Shown: one piece after another, positions 8,184 to 16,800 of the stretch | How positions within the stretch are numbered: position 1 is the stretch's first letter | Layout: the number at the start of each line of letters is the position of its first letter | Assembly (NCBI RefSeq): GCF_001598795.1 | Contig: NZ_BCZP01000004.1 | Span: 300,001 to 332,000 of the forward strand | Direction: 5' to 3' | Length of the DNA: 32,000 nucleotides | DNA from: Delftia acidovorans NBRC 14950 | GTDB lineage: Bacteria > Pseudomonadota > Gammaproteobacteria > Burkholderiales > Burkholderiaceae_C | Program-made: the position numbers and the translations under genes | Notes under the pieces: generated by a model | Database searches by the model: none | Told to the model about the DNA's origin: nothing | Seen by the model: the letters and a program-made list of their open reading frames with translations, nothing else

Positions 8184-9236
8184 ATGGATACACCCAAGTC
8201 GCCCTCCCTGGCAATCCGGCAACTCAAGCGCCCGGATCTCGTGGCCCAGGAGATCAAGCGCCTGATCACCGAAAAGAACCTCAGCCCCGGCGACCGCCTG
8301 CCGCGCGAAAGCGAGCTGCAGGCACAGTTCCAGGTCAGCAAGGGCACGATCCGCGAGGCCCTCAAATCGCTGGAAGTGCAGGGGCTGATCACCATCTCCA
8401 CCGGCCCTTCGGGCGGTGGCACGGTCGTCGAGGTGCCGCTGGACCGCACGCTGCAGTTCATGCAGAACTACCTGTTCTTCCAGGAGGTGACCATCGACGA
8501 CATCTACACGGTGCGCCAGATGCTGGAGCCCGAGCTGGCGGCAGGCGCCGTGCCCCATCTGACCGAGGCGGATTTCGACGCGCTGGAGCACAGCATCGCC
8601 TGCTGCGACCCCACGCAAAGCAGCGAGGACCTGGTGAGCCAGCGGCGCGAGGATGTGAACTTCCACGACATCCTTGCAGCGGCCAATCCCAACCCCTTCC
8701 TGCGCTTCACCTGCGAGCTCATCAACGAGATGATTCGCCAGCTCATCGTCTTCGCCAACCGCACGCCCCAGTCCGAGCACCGGCGCTTTGGCGAGGCCAA
8801 TGCCCGGATCCACCGCGACATCGTGCAAGCCGCACGCGAACGGGATGCCGTGAAGGTGCATGCGCTGATGCAGCAGCACATGCGGGACGCGGCCAGCAGC
8901 GTCAAGCGCATGAAGGGCCGCATCCAGGGGCGGCTCATCCTGGATGCCGACAGCCTGCGCAGCCCGCGTCCGCAACGCGCCGTGCAGCCGGTGGAAAAGC
9001 CGGCGATGGCAGTGCCGAGGACTGCACCAAAAAAGGCAGCAGGGACGACACCCAGAACGGCAGCAAAGATGGCGCCAAGAACAACGGCAAGGCCGGCCGC
9101 AAAGACCACCGCAAAAGCCGTCGCAAAGACCAATGCAAAGCCCACTGCAAAGGCGGCTCCGAAGGCACCTCCAAAGGCGCCCGCCACGCCACCCTCCGTG
9201 CGTCCCGCCGCCGCACGCAAGCGCGCGGCCTCCTGA
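8184..9236 (+). CDS. GntR family (FadR/FCD subfamily) transcriptional regulator with a C-terminal basic Ala/Lys/Pro/Thr-rich tail, 350 aa
   Basis: Winged-HTH pattern LVAQEIKRLITEKNLSPGDRLPRESELQAQFQVSKGTIREALKSLEVQGLI, followed by an FCD-like helical domain. Start chosen at MDTPKSPS (ATG 8184); in-frame alternatives exist at 8049 and 8106. The tail spans about 8960-9233. Confidence 0.85.
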   Translation: MDTPKSPSLAIRQLKRPDLVAQEIKRLITEKNLSPGDRLPRESELQAQFQVSKGTIREALKSLEVQGLITISTGPSGGGTVVEVPLDRTLQFMQNYLFFQEVTIDDIYTVRQMLEPELAAGAVPHLTEADFDALEHSIACCDPTQSSEDLVSQRREDVNFHDILAAANPNPFLRFTCELINEMIRQLIVFANRTPQSEHRRFGEANARIHRDIVQAARERDAVKVHALMQQHMRDAASSVKRMKGRIQGRLILDADSLRSPRPQRAVQPVEKPAMAVPRTAPKKAAGTTPRTAAKMAPRTTARPAAKTTAKAVAKTNAKPTAKAAPKAPPKAPATPPSVRPAAARKRAAS

Positions 9237-9349
9237 ACTGTCCCGCGCCGGTCATTGCCGGCCCAGGCCACGCGTTTCGCGCCGCCCGCTGCTGGTATGC
9301 TGCCGCGCGCTCGGCCTTCACGCATTCCACCCCCTCACGAGACAACAGC

Positions 9350-10366
9350 ATGAGACAAACCCCTTTCGCATCTTCCCGTACCCCTGCCCTGTGGCGCGCC
9401 CTGGCCGGCGGCCTGGCGCTGGCGGCCACGCTGGCGGCGCCCCTTGCCCATGCCCAGGGCGCAGGCAGCTATCCGTCCAAGACCATTCGCCTGGTCGTGC
9501 CCTTTGCGCCTGGCGGCTCCACCGACATCCTGGGCCGCCTGCTGGCGCAAAAGATGGGCGAGAGCATGCACACCACGGTGGTGGTGGACAACAAGCCCGG
9601 CGCCAACGGCACCATTGGCTGCGACCTGGTGGCCAAGGCGCCGGCCGACGGCTACACCGTGGTGCTGGGCGATGTGGGTTGCATGGCCATGGCCAAGGGC
9701 CTGTACACCAAGCTGCCCTATGACCCGCTGCGCGACTTCGCGCCCATCAGCCTGGTGGCACGCAGCCCGCTGGTGCTCACCGTGGGCGCGCAAAGCCCGT
9801 TCCACTCGCTCAAGGAGCTGACGGCGGCGGCGCAGGCCCAGCCCGGCAAGCTCAACTACCCCTCGTCGGGCACGGGCGGCCCCAACCACCTGGGCGCCGA
9901 GCTGTATGCCATGCAGGCCAAGGTCAAGATCGGCCATGTGCCCTACAAGGGCAGTGCGCCTTCCGTGGTGTCGCTGGCCGCCGGTGAGACCGACTTCGGC
10001 TTTCTCACGGCCGTGACGATTGCCGCGCAGCTCAAGGCCGGCAAGGTGCGCGCCCTGGCCGTGGCCCACAACGAACGCCTGCAGTCCATGCCCGACGTGC
10101 CCACCATGTCCGAGGCCGGCCTCAAGGACTTCACGGCCGATGCCTGGTTCCTCGCGGCCGTGCCCGCAGGCACGCCCAAGCCCATCGTGGACCGGCTCTA
10201 CGCCGAGATCGCCAAGGCCCTGCCCGCGCCCGAGGTCAAGGAAAAGCTGGACGCCATGGGCGTGCTGCCCTCGGGCCTCAAGCCCGATGCCTCGGCCCAG
10301 TTCCTGCGCGTGGAAGTGGACAAGTGGCGCGATGTGATCAAGAACGCGGGCATCACGCTGGACTGA
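9350..10366 (+). CDS. Bug family tripartite tricarboxylate transporter substrate-binding protein (TctC-like), 338 aa
   Basis: Signal peptide ending LAHAQG, then the hallmark YPSKTIRLVVPFAPGGSTDILGR...DNKPGANG motif. No tctA/tctB genes are adjacent. Confidence 0.9.
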   Translation: MRQTPFASSRTPALWRALAGGLALAATLAAPLAHAQGAGSYPSKTIRLVVPFAPGGSTDILGRLLAQKMGESMHTTVVVDNKPGANGTIGCDLVAKAPADGYTVVLGDVGCMAMAKGLYTKLPYDPLRDFAPISLVARSPLVLTVGAQSPFHSLKELTAAAQAQPGKLNYPSSGTGGPNHLGAELYAMQAKVKIGHVPYKGSAPSVVSLAAGETDFGFLTAVTIAAQLKAGKVRALAVAHNERLQSMPDVPTMSEAGLKDFTADAWFLAAVPAGTPKPIVDRLYAEIAKALPAPEVKEKLDAMGVLPSGLKPDASAQFLRVEVDKWRDVIKNAGITLD

Positions 10367-10391
10367 TTTCGCAGCCTTGCCGTTGCCATGT

Positions 10392-10430
10392 AAAAAGCCC
10401 CTGCGGCCTCACGGCCCAGGGGCTTTTCTC
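10392..10430. terminator. Bidirectional rho-independent terminator between convergent genes
   Basis: AAAAAGCCCCTG-cggcctcacggcc-CAGGGGCTTTT. The 8-bp stem (10396-10403 / 10417-10424) is flanked by an A-run and a T-run. Confidence 0.65.
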
Positions 10431-10445
10431 ATGTGCCGGAGATGC

Positions 10446-11804
10446 TCAGTTCGTTTCCGTCAGGGCATCGCCCAGGGCGCTGACCAGCCGCTCGATCTCG
10501 GCCTTCTCGCTGATGAAGGGCGGCGCTATCTGGATGGTGTCGCCGCCGTAGCGCACGTAAAAGCCCTTGTCCCAGCACTTCATGGCGATCTCGTAGGGAC
10601 GGCGGGCCGGCTCGCCGGGCAGCGACTCGATGGTGAAGCCCGCAGCCAGGCCGAAGTTGCGGATGTCGGCCACATGCTTTGCTCCCTTGAGGCTGTGCAC
10701 GGCCTGCTCGAAGAACGGGGCCAGCGCGCGCACGCGGCCCGGGCCGTCCTCGCGCTGCAGCAGGTCCAGCGCGGCCACGCCTGCTGCGCAGGCAATGGGG
10801 TGGGCCGAGTAGGTGTAGCCGTGCGGGAACTCCAGCATGTACTCGGGGCCGCCCGCTGCCATGAAGGTGTCGTAGATCTCCCTGCTGGCCACCACGGCGC
10901 CCAGGGGCTGGGCGCCATTGGTCACCTGCTTGGCGATGTTCATGATGTCGGGCGTGACGCCGAAGGCCTCGGCCCCCGTCATGGCGCCGCAGCGGCCAAA
11001 GCCCGTGATGACCTCGTCGAAGATCAGCAGGATGTTGTTCTGCGTGCAGATCTCGCGCAGGCGCTGCAGGTAGCCGGCCGGGGGAATCACCACGCCGGCC
11101 GATCCCGAGAAGGGCTCGACGATGACGGCTGCGATGTTGCTCGCGTCATGCAGGGCGATCAGGTCCAGCAGCCGGTCGGCCAGCGCGCGGCCATCGGTGG
11201 TGGGCATGCCTTTGTGGAAGGACCCCAGCGCCGGCTGCGTGTGCGGCAGGTGGTCGGCCTCCACGCCCTGGCCGAAGGTCTTGCGGTTGCCCACCATGCC
11301 GCCGACGGAGATGCCGCCGAAGTTCACGCCGTGGTAGCCCTTCTCGCGCCCGATCAGCCGGGTCTTGCCGCCCTGGCCCTTGGCGCGCCAGTAGGCGCGT
11401 GCCATCTTCAGCGCCGTGTCGGCCGCCTCCGAGCCCGAGCCCGTGAAGAACACATGGTCCAGGCCTGCAGGCGTCAGCTCCTTGATCTTGTTGGCCAGCG
11501 CGAACGAGGCCGGGTGGCCGAACTGGAAGGCCGGCGCATAGTCCAACTGCTGGGCCGCGCGGCCGATGGCTTCGGCGATCTCGCGGCGGCCATGGCCCAG
11601 GCCCGAGCACCACAGGCCCGACAGGCCGTCGAAGATCTTGCGGCCGTCGGCATCGGTGTAGTAGGCGCCCTGGGCGCTGGTGATCATGCGCGGGCGCGCC
11701 TTGAACTCGCGGTTGCCGGTGAAGGGCATCCAGTGGGCGTCAAGCCAGGCGGCATCGGTGCGCGTGGCGGCTGCAGCGCCTTGTTCGGTGGGAACCAGGG
11801 TCAT
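10446..11804 (-). CDS. Class-III PLP-dependent omega-aminotransferase (beta-alanine--pyruvate transaminase type), 452 aa
   Basis: Real start MTLVPTEQGAAA (ATG 11804, GAGGAG Shine-Dalgarno) inside track ORF 10446..11966. Motifs GLWCSGLGHGRREI, FFTGSGSEAADTALKMAR and DEVITGFGR. The overall pattern matches the BauA/omega-transaminase group. Confidence 0.9.
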   Translation of the reverse strand: MTLVPTEQGAAAATRTDAAWLDAHWMPFTGNREFKARPRMITSAQGAYYTDADGRKIFDGLSGLWCSGLGHGRREIAEAIGRAAQQLDYAPAFQFGHPASFALANKIKELTPAGLDHVFFTGSGSEAADTALKMARAYWRAKGQGGKTRLIGREKGYHGVNFGGISVGGMVGNRKTFGQGVEADHLPHTQPALGSFHKGMPTTDGRALADRLLDLIALHDASNIAAVIVEPFSGSAGVVIPPAGYLQRLREICTQNNILLIFDEVITGFGRCGAMTGAEAFGVTPDIMNIAKQVTNGAQPLGAVVASREIYDTFMAAGGPEYMLEFPHGYTYSAHPIACAAGVAALDLLQREDGPGRVRALAPFFEQAVHSLKGAKHVADIRNFGLAAGFTIESLPGEPARRPYEIAMKCWDKGFYVRYGGDTIQIAPPFISEKAEIERLVSALGDALTETN

Positions 11805-11852
11805 GGTGATCTCCTCGGGCCGGGAAAGAAATAAAGGAACCGGCCCATTGTG

Positions 11853-11915
11853 ATCGTGCCTTTTGATTTCTCGAAGTGCGTGATGTCGAGGTTCACTTGC
11901 GGATTCCTGCAAGTG
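11853..11915. promoter_or_regulatory. Candidate LysR-type operator sites in the divergent aminotransferase/LysR intergenic region
   Basis: ATC-N9-GAT (a T-N11-A motif) at 11853-11867. A 7-bp perfect inverted repeat, CACTTGC-N8-GCAAGTG, lies at 11894-11915. Confidence 0.3.
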
Positions 11916-12049
11916 AGCAGGGGCTTGCCGATCCGGGCCCGGAGAGCGCGCATTGTGGGAATCCATGGCCGTCGCCGCCCTGGTGCTCGCCTATAGTGGC
12001 TCCCCTGTAGTGGTGGCCGGTTCAGGCGGGCACCGGGAGGCGAAGGGCG

Positions 12050-13018
12050 ATGGTGGATTTTTCGATGGACAGCACCCCAGGCCGCCCGGCGCGGGACGGG
12101 CGCGCGCGGGCCGCGCTGGGCCAGTTGGGCGACATGGACCTGCGCCTGCTGCGCGTGTTCAAGGCCGTGGTCGAGTGCGGCGGCATGTCGGCTGCCGAGC
12201 TGGAGCTGAACATCGGCAGTTCCACGCTGAGCCGCCACATGAAGGACCTGGAGGAGCGCCTGGGCCTGACGCTGTGCCGGCGCGGGCGCGCGGGCTTCGC
12301 ACTCACGCCCGAAGGCCACCGCATCTATGAGGCCACCTTGCAACTGCTCGGTGGCGTGGAAGGCTTCCTGGGCCAGGTGGACGACATCCATGGCCGGCTG
12401 GCCGGCACGCTGGACGTGGCGCTGTTCGACAAGACCGTGGGCAATCCGCAGTCGCGCATTCCCGAGGCGATCGGCGTTTTGCACGACCAGGCGCCGCAGC
12501 TGCATCTGCGCCTGCATGTGGCCTCCATCCAGGCCATCGAGCGGGGGCTGATGGAGGGGCGCTGGCAGGTGGGCGTGCTGCCATCGGCACCCAGTTCGGG
12601 CGCGCTGGACAGCGCCCGGCTGTTTGGCGAGCGCATGCAGCTGTACTGCGCTCCCGGCCATCCGCTGCATGGCGCCGACCATGGCGGGCTGGACTGGGAC
12701 AGCCTGGGTGCGCATGCCTTCGCAGGCCTGGGCTACCAGTCACCCAACATGGCGCTCAGCCACCAGGCCGGCCTGCAGCGCCAGGCCACGGGTTTTGACC
12801 AGGAGGCCATTGCCATGCTGGTGCGATCGGGCCGCTACCTGGGCTTTCTGCCCGATCACTATGCACAGGCCATGCAGGACCAGGGCCTGCTGCAGGCCGT
12901 GGCACCGCACCGCTTTTTCTATCTGTGCGATTTCTTCGCCGTCTGGCGCAATGCCGTGGCCCCTGGGCGTGCGGCCCGGGTGTTCATTGACGCCCTGCTG
13001 GCCGTGCACCATGGATGA
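12050..13018 (+). CDS. LysR family transcriptional regulator (BauR-like position, divergent from the aminotransferase)
   Basis: HTH MDLRLLRVFKAVVECGGMSAAELELNIGSSTLSRHMKDLEERLG followed by a LysR substrate-binding domain. The start is uncertain: 12050, 12065, or 12134 (MDLRLL, the canonical LysR N-terminus). Confidence 0.85.
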   Translation: MVDFSMDSTPGRPARDGRARAALGQLGDMDLRLLRVFKAVVECGGMSAAELELNIGSSTLSRHMKDLEERLGLTLCRRGRAGFALTPEGHRIYEATLQLLGGVEGFLGQVDDIHGRLAGTLDVALFDKTVGNPQSRIPEAIGVLHDQAPQLHLRLHVASIQAIERGLMEGRWQVGVLPSAPSSGALDSARLFGERMQLYCAPGHPLHGADHGGLDWDSLGAHAFAGLGYQSPNMALSHQAGLQRQATGFDQEAIAMLVRSGRYLGFLPDHYAQAMQDQGLLQAVAPHRFFYLCDFFAVWRNAVAPGRAARVFIDALLAVHHG

Positions 13019-13051
13019 ACGGGTTCATCACAGCCTTGGAAAGAGGAAATT

Positions 13052-13120
13052 CACAGGTTTGATATCAGGATGTGCACAGGTTTTTGCACAGCTTGTGCTC
13101 AGGTTTTTGCAGCGTATGCG
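13052..13120. repeat. Three tandem degenerate 23-bp direct repeats (CACAGGTTT... units) in a low-GC non-coding patch
   Basis: The units start at 13052, 13075 and 13098, exactly 23 bp apart: CACAGGTTTGATATCAGGATGTG / CACAGGTTTTTGCACAGCTTGTG / CTCAGGTTTTTGCAGCGTATGCG. Units 2 and 3 share 13 of their first 14 nt. Confidence 0.45.
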
Positions 13121-13315
13121 CTTGACAATGTTTGGCATTGTGGCTGGTGCCAGGGCTTCAGTCCGTCCCGATTGCGCCGACATGCATGCATGGATTCCGT
13201 GTCGGCCCTGGGCCGTACGAGCAGCGCCTTGATACCAACGATTTCGCATTTCCCGGGTTCTTGCCACCATGCGCCGCCATGTCCACCTCTCTTGCCGCCA
13301 CGGCAGGGCCGGGTT

Positions 13316-13438
13316 TCAGCCCGTGCCGCCATCGACCATCCTGGCCAGGGTCTCGGCCAGCCATTTCCCGAATGAGTTTGCGCCAAGGGGCTGCATGGGT
13401 TTCGGCATGGGCATGGGCATGGGCATGGGCATGTTCAT
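13316..13438 (-). CDS. Candidate micro-ORF (40 aa) with an N-terminal (Met-Pro)n repeat: MNMPMPMPMPMPKPMQPLGANSFGKWLAETLARMVDGGTG
   Basis: Starts 20 nt downstream of the DUF2061 stop on the same strand. GGAG lies 6 nt upstream of the second ATG (13432). Mostly G/C-ending codons, like genuine genes in this window. I recognise no homolog, so coding status is unproven. Confidence 0.35.
   Translation of the reverse strand: MNMPMPMPMPMPKPMQPLGANSFGKWLAETLARMVDGGTG
13404..13433. repeat. Hexanucleotide microsatellite (GGCATG)x5
   Basis: Five perfect tandem units read directly from the sequence. On the minus strand they encode the MP dipeptide repeat of the micro-ORF. Confidence 0.95.
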
Positions 13439-13457
13439 CTCCGTGCTCCCGGCAGGC

Positions 13458-13718
13458 TCAGGCTGCAGCCGTGGGCGGCGCCATCGCGGCGGCGGCATCG
13501 GCACGGCGGCGCAGGCCCCGTTCCCAGAGCTTTTCATGGAAGAAGAAGGCCACGGCCTGGACAGTGGGCTCCAGCAGGCTGAGCGTCAGCGCGGCCCAGA
13601 GGTTGCGGGTCACGGCATAGGCCACGGCCGCCGCCACCGTGACGTGGATGACGTAGTAGCTGGCGGTTTTCATCAGCGTGTGGCGGTGGTGGTGCAAGGT
13701 CTGGCGGATGCGGGTCAT
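13458..13718 (-). CDS. DUF2061 domain-containing small membrane protein, 86 aa, with a His-rich N-terminus
   Basis: The C-terminal part of track ORF 13458..15251 reads MTRIRQTLHHHRHTLMKTASYYVIHVTVAAAVAYAVT...LLEPTVQAVAFFFHEKLWER. This fits the DUF2061 pattern (K..SY.V ... E....... Y/F-FHE+.W). GAGGAAAG Shine-Dalgarno precedes the ATG at 13718. Confidence 0.75.
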   Translation of the reverse strand: MTRIRQTLHHHRHTLMKTASYYVIHVTVAAAVAYAVTRNLWAALTLSLLEPTVQAVAFFFHEKLWERGLRRRADAAAAMAPPTAAA

Positions 13719-13868
13719 GGTGCTTTCCTCGGGGCTTTTCTCGTGATGAGACTCCATGCTAGGTGTGATCAATAGCTGCGGCCAATCGAAAATGAATATC
13801 AAAGACATGAAGACTATCGATGGCGGGCAGGCAGGTGCCGTGGCCCTGTGCCATTCAGGGGGGGCGCC

Positions 13869-16800
13869 ATGAATTGGGACGAGATCTTCGTGCTCGGATG
13901 GGCACCCCATCCGCAGTGGTTCCAGTGGCTGCATCCGGGCCTGGTGACGCTGTCGGTGGTGGTGGCCGTGGCCACGTCGATGATGGCCATGCAGATCGCG
14001 GGGCTGGCGCGCAATGCCGCCTCGCCCCGGATACGCCGCACCGGCGTGCTGACCGGCGCCTTCTGCCTGGGCGCCGGCATCTGGGCCATGCACTTCATCG
14101 GCATGCTCGCCTTTGTGCCCTGCACCTTCGGCGACTACGACCCCTGGATCACCGCGCTGTCCATGCTGCCCAGCATGCTGGCGTCCTGGCTGGCGCTGAC
14201 GCTGATGGTGCGGCCCCGGCTGTCCGCCCAGGCGCTGGTCGGCGGCGGCGTGCTCATGGGGCTGGGCATTGGCTCCATGCACTACATCGGCATGGCGGCG
14301 GCCCAGACCTGGAGCCTGATGCTCTACGACCCCTGGGGCGTGCTGCTGTCGGTGATCGTGGCCGCCACCATGGCCATGCTGTCGCTGTGGGTGCGCTTTC
14401 GGCTGGGCAACACGGGCCGCCTGTGGCCCACGCTGGTGGCCGGCATAGTCATGGGCCTGGCCATTTCCTGCATGCACTATGCGGGCCTGTACGCACTGCG
14501 CCTCAAGCCCGGTATCGATGCGCTGGCGCAGCAGGAGGCACCCACGCATGCGCTGCTGGTGTTCTCCATCGTGGGCGTGGTGGTGCTGATCTTCGGCTTG
14601 GTGCTCGCGGTCAACATGACGCTGCGCTACCGCCAGATCTACCGGCAGGTCCAGCGCAGCGAGTCGCGCCTGCGCGCCGTGGTGGATACGGCGGTGGACG
14701 GCATCGTGATGATCGACGGGCGCGGCAGCATCGTCTCGTTCAACGGCGCGGCCGAGCGGCTGCTGGGCTGGACGGCGCAGGAGGTGCTGGGCCGCAGCGC
14801 CAGCCTGCTCATGCCTGCGTCGGGCTGCGATGGTGAGGGCGGCTCGCTGGAAAAGCAGCTGGCCGCGGGCTTTGCAGGCCTGCTCGGCTCCAGCCGCGAT
14901 GTCCATGCCCTGCACAAGGACGGCACGCAGATCGCCGTGCGCCTGGCCGTGGGCCGGGTGGCGATTGCGGGCGATCCGCTGTTCGTGGGCTTTGTGACCG
15001 ACATCCGCGAGCGCCGCCAGATGCTGCAGTCGCTGCGCCGCAGCGAGGAGCAGTACCGCACCCTGATCAACAACGTGCCCGGCACCACCTTCCGCTGCCT
15101 GTATGACGGCAAGTGGACGCCGCTGCTGCTCAGCCGCTCCATCAAAGAGCTGACCGGCTGGACGGAGCAGGACTTCACGGACGGGCTCACGGGCTGGGAC
15201 CGGCTCATCCATGCCGAGGACCGCGACCGGCTGGAGGCTGCGGTCTCGCATTCGCTGTCACGGCGCCAGACCTACAACGCCGACTACCGCCTGCTGCACC
15301 GCGACGGCAGCACCCGCTGGGTGTCCGAGACCGGGCGCGGCGTCTTCAACGAGCACGACGAGCTGACCTGGATCGACGGCGTGATCATGGACCAGACGGC
15401 GGCGCGCGCGCGCAATGCCGAGTTCGAGGGCACGGTGCGCGCCATCGACCTGTCGCTGGCCACCATCGAGTACGACCTGCTGGGCCAAGTGCTGCGCGCC
15501 AACCGCAATTTCCTGGACCTGTTCGGCTACCGGCTCGACGAGGTCGCGGGCCGCCACCACGGCATGTTCTGCGAGCCCGGCTATGCCCACACGCCCGAGC
15601 ATGTGCAGTTCTGGCGCCGGCTGGCCGAGGGCGAGTTCCAGGCCGGCGAATTCCTGCGCTGCGGGCGCGAGGGGCGGCGCATCTGGGTGCAGGCCACCTA
15701 CAACCCCATACGCGACGCCGACGGCCGGCCCTACAAGATCGTCAAGCTGCTCACCGACATCAGCGCCCAGCGCAAGCTGGCCCAGGAGCTGGTGCTGGCC
15801 AAGGAGCATGCCGAGGCGGCCGCCGCCGCGCGCAGCACCTTCCTGGCCAACATGAGCCACGAAATCCGCACGCCCATGAACGCCATCATCGGCTTCACCG
15901 AGGCGCTGCGCGAAACCGCCCTGCAGCCCACGCAGGCGCGCTACCTGGACACGGTGCACTACGCGGCGCGCTCCATGCTGCGCCTGCTCAATGACATCCT
16001 GGACACGGCCAAGCTCGACAAGGGCGCGGTGGAGCTGGAGATCGAGGATTTCTCGGTGCGCGAGCTGTGCCAGCAGATCCTGGCGTCGCTGCGCATCACG
16101 GCCGACCGCAAGGGCCTGGACCTGCGCCTGGACTACGACCCGCACACCCCGGCAGCCCTGCGCGGCGACGGCATGCGCGTGCAGCAGATCCTGGTGAACC
16201 TGCTGGGCAATGCCGTGAAGTTCACCGAGCGTGGCCATGTGCTGCTGCGCGTGCGCTACGAGCAGGGCGTGCTGCAGCTCGATGTGCATGACACGGGCAT
16301 CGGCATCGCGCCCGAGAAGATCCACCGCATCTTCGACCCCTTTGCCCAGGCCGATGCCTCGACCACGCGGCGCTTTGGCGGCACGGGCCTGGGCACGACC
16401 ATCTCGCGCCAGCTGGCCGAGCTCATGGGCGGCAGCATCCAGCTGCACAGCACCGTGGGCGTGGGCACGGTGTTCGAGGTGCGCCTGCCCCTGCCGGTCG
16501 GCGAGAGTCCGCTGTCCGAGCGCGGCGCGGCCAGCCGCGGCCTGCCGCCGCTGCACATCCTGGCCGTGGACGATGTGCCCGAGAACCTGGAGCTGCTGCA
16601 GATCAACTTCTCCAGCCAGAACCACCAGATGGCGCTGGCGCATGACGGCGCCGAGGCGCTGCGCTGCGTGCAGGCACAGGAGCCGCCCTTCGACGTGGTG
16701 CTGATGGACCTGCAGATGCCGGGCATGGACGGCCTGGCGGCGGCGCGTGCCATCCGCGTCTGGGAGCGGCAGCTGCAGCGCCGGCCCGTGCCCATCGTCG

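Noticed and set aside
6729-8975. 748-aa minus-strand ORF spanning the SBP gene, the promoter region and the GntR gene
   Set aside because: It runs antisense to or out of frame with two well-supported genes and crosses an intergenic promoter. Its Arg/Ala/Gly/Pro-rich low-complexity translation is the typical stop-free artefact of high-GC DNA.
8504-9325. Minus-strand ORF with a striking hydrophobic stretch (FGGAFGAAFAVGFALVFATAFAVVFAAGLAVVLG...) opposite the GntR tail
   Set aside because: A hydrophobic antisense translation is the automatic consequence of an Ala/Lys-rich sense repeat. The ORF also overlaps the FCD domain of a solid gene and uses T-ending codons atypical for this genome.
13071-13112. 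Possible sigma-54 promoters (TGCACAGGTTTTTGCA and TGCTCAGGTTTTTGCA)
   Set aside because: The -24 element reads TGCAC/TGCTC instead of TGGCAC, and the GG-N10-GC spacing is not satisfied in either copy. No gene lies downstream in either orientation. These are reported only as 23-bp repeats.
13028-13270. 80-aa minus-strand ORF in the low-GC patch
   Set aside because: About half of its codons end in A/T, unlike every supported gene here. It has no Shine-Dalgarno and no recognisable motif, and it overlaps the repeat array.
13404-13433. Whether the short tandem repeat could be a CRISPR array or a phase-variation on/off switch
   Set aside because: The units are 6 bp and contiguous, with no spacers, so this is not CRISPR. 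A hexamer unit keeps the reading frame, so slippage would change length rather than switch expression on or off.
13719-15251. Upstream 511 codons of track ORF 13458..15251 (the extension of the DUF2061 gene)
   Set aside because: Only the last 86 codons look like a real protein (DUF2061, with a Shine-Dalgarno at the internal ATG). The remainder is antisense to the MHYT kinase and crosses the AT-rich promoter gap.
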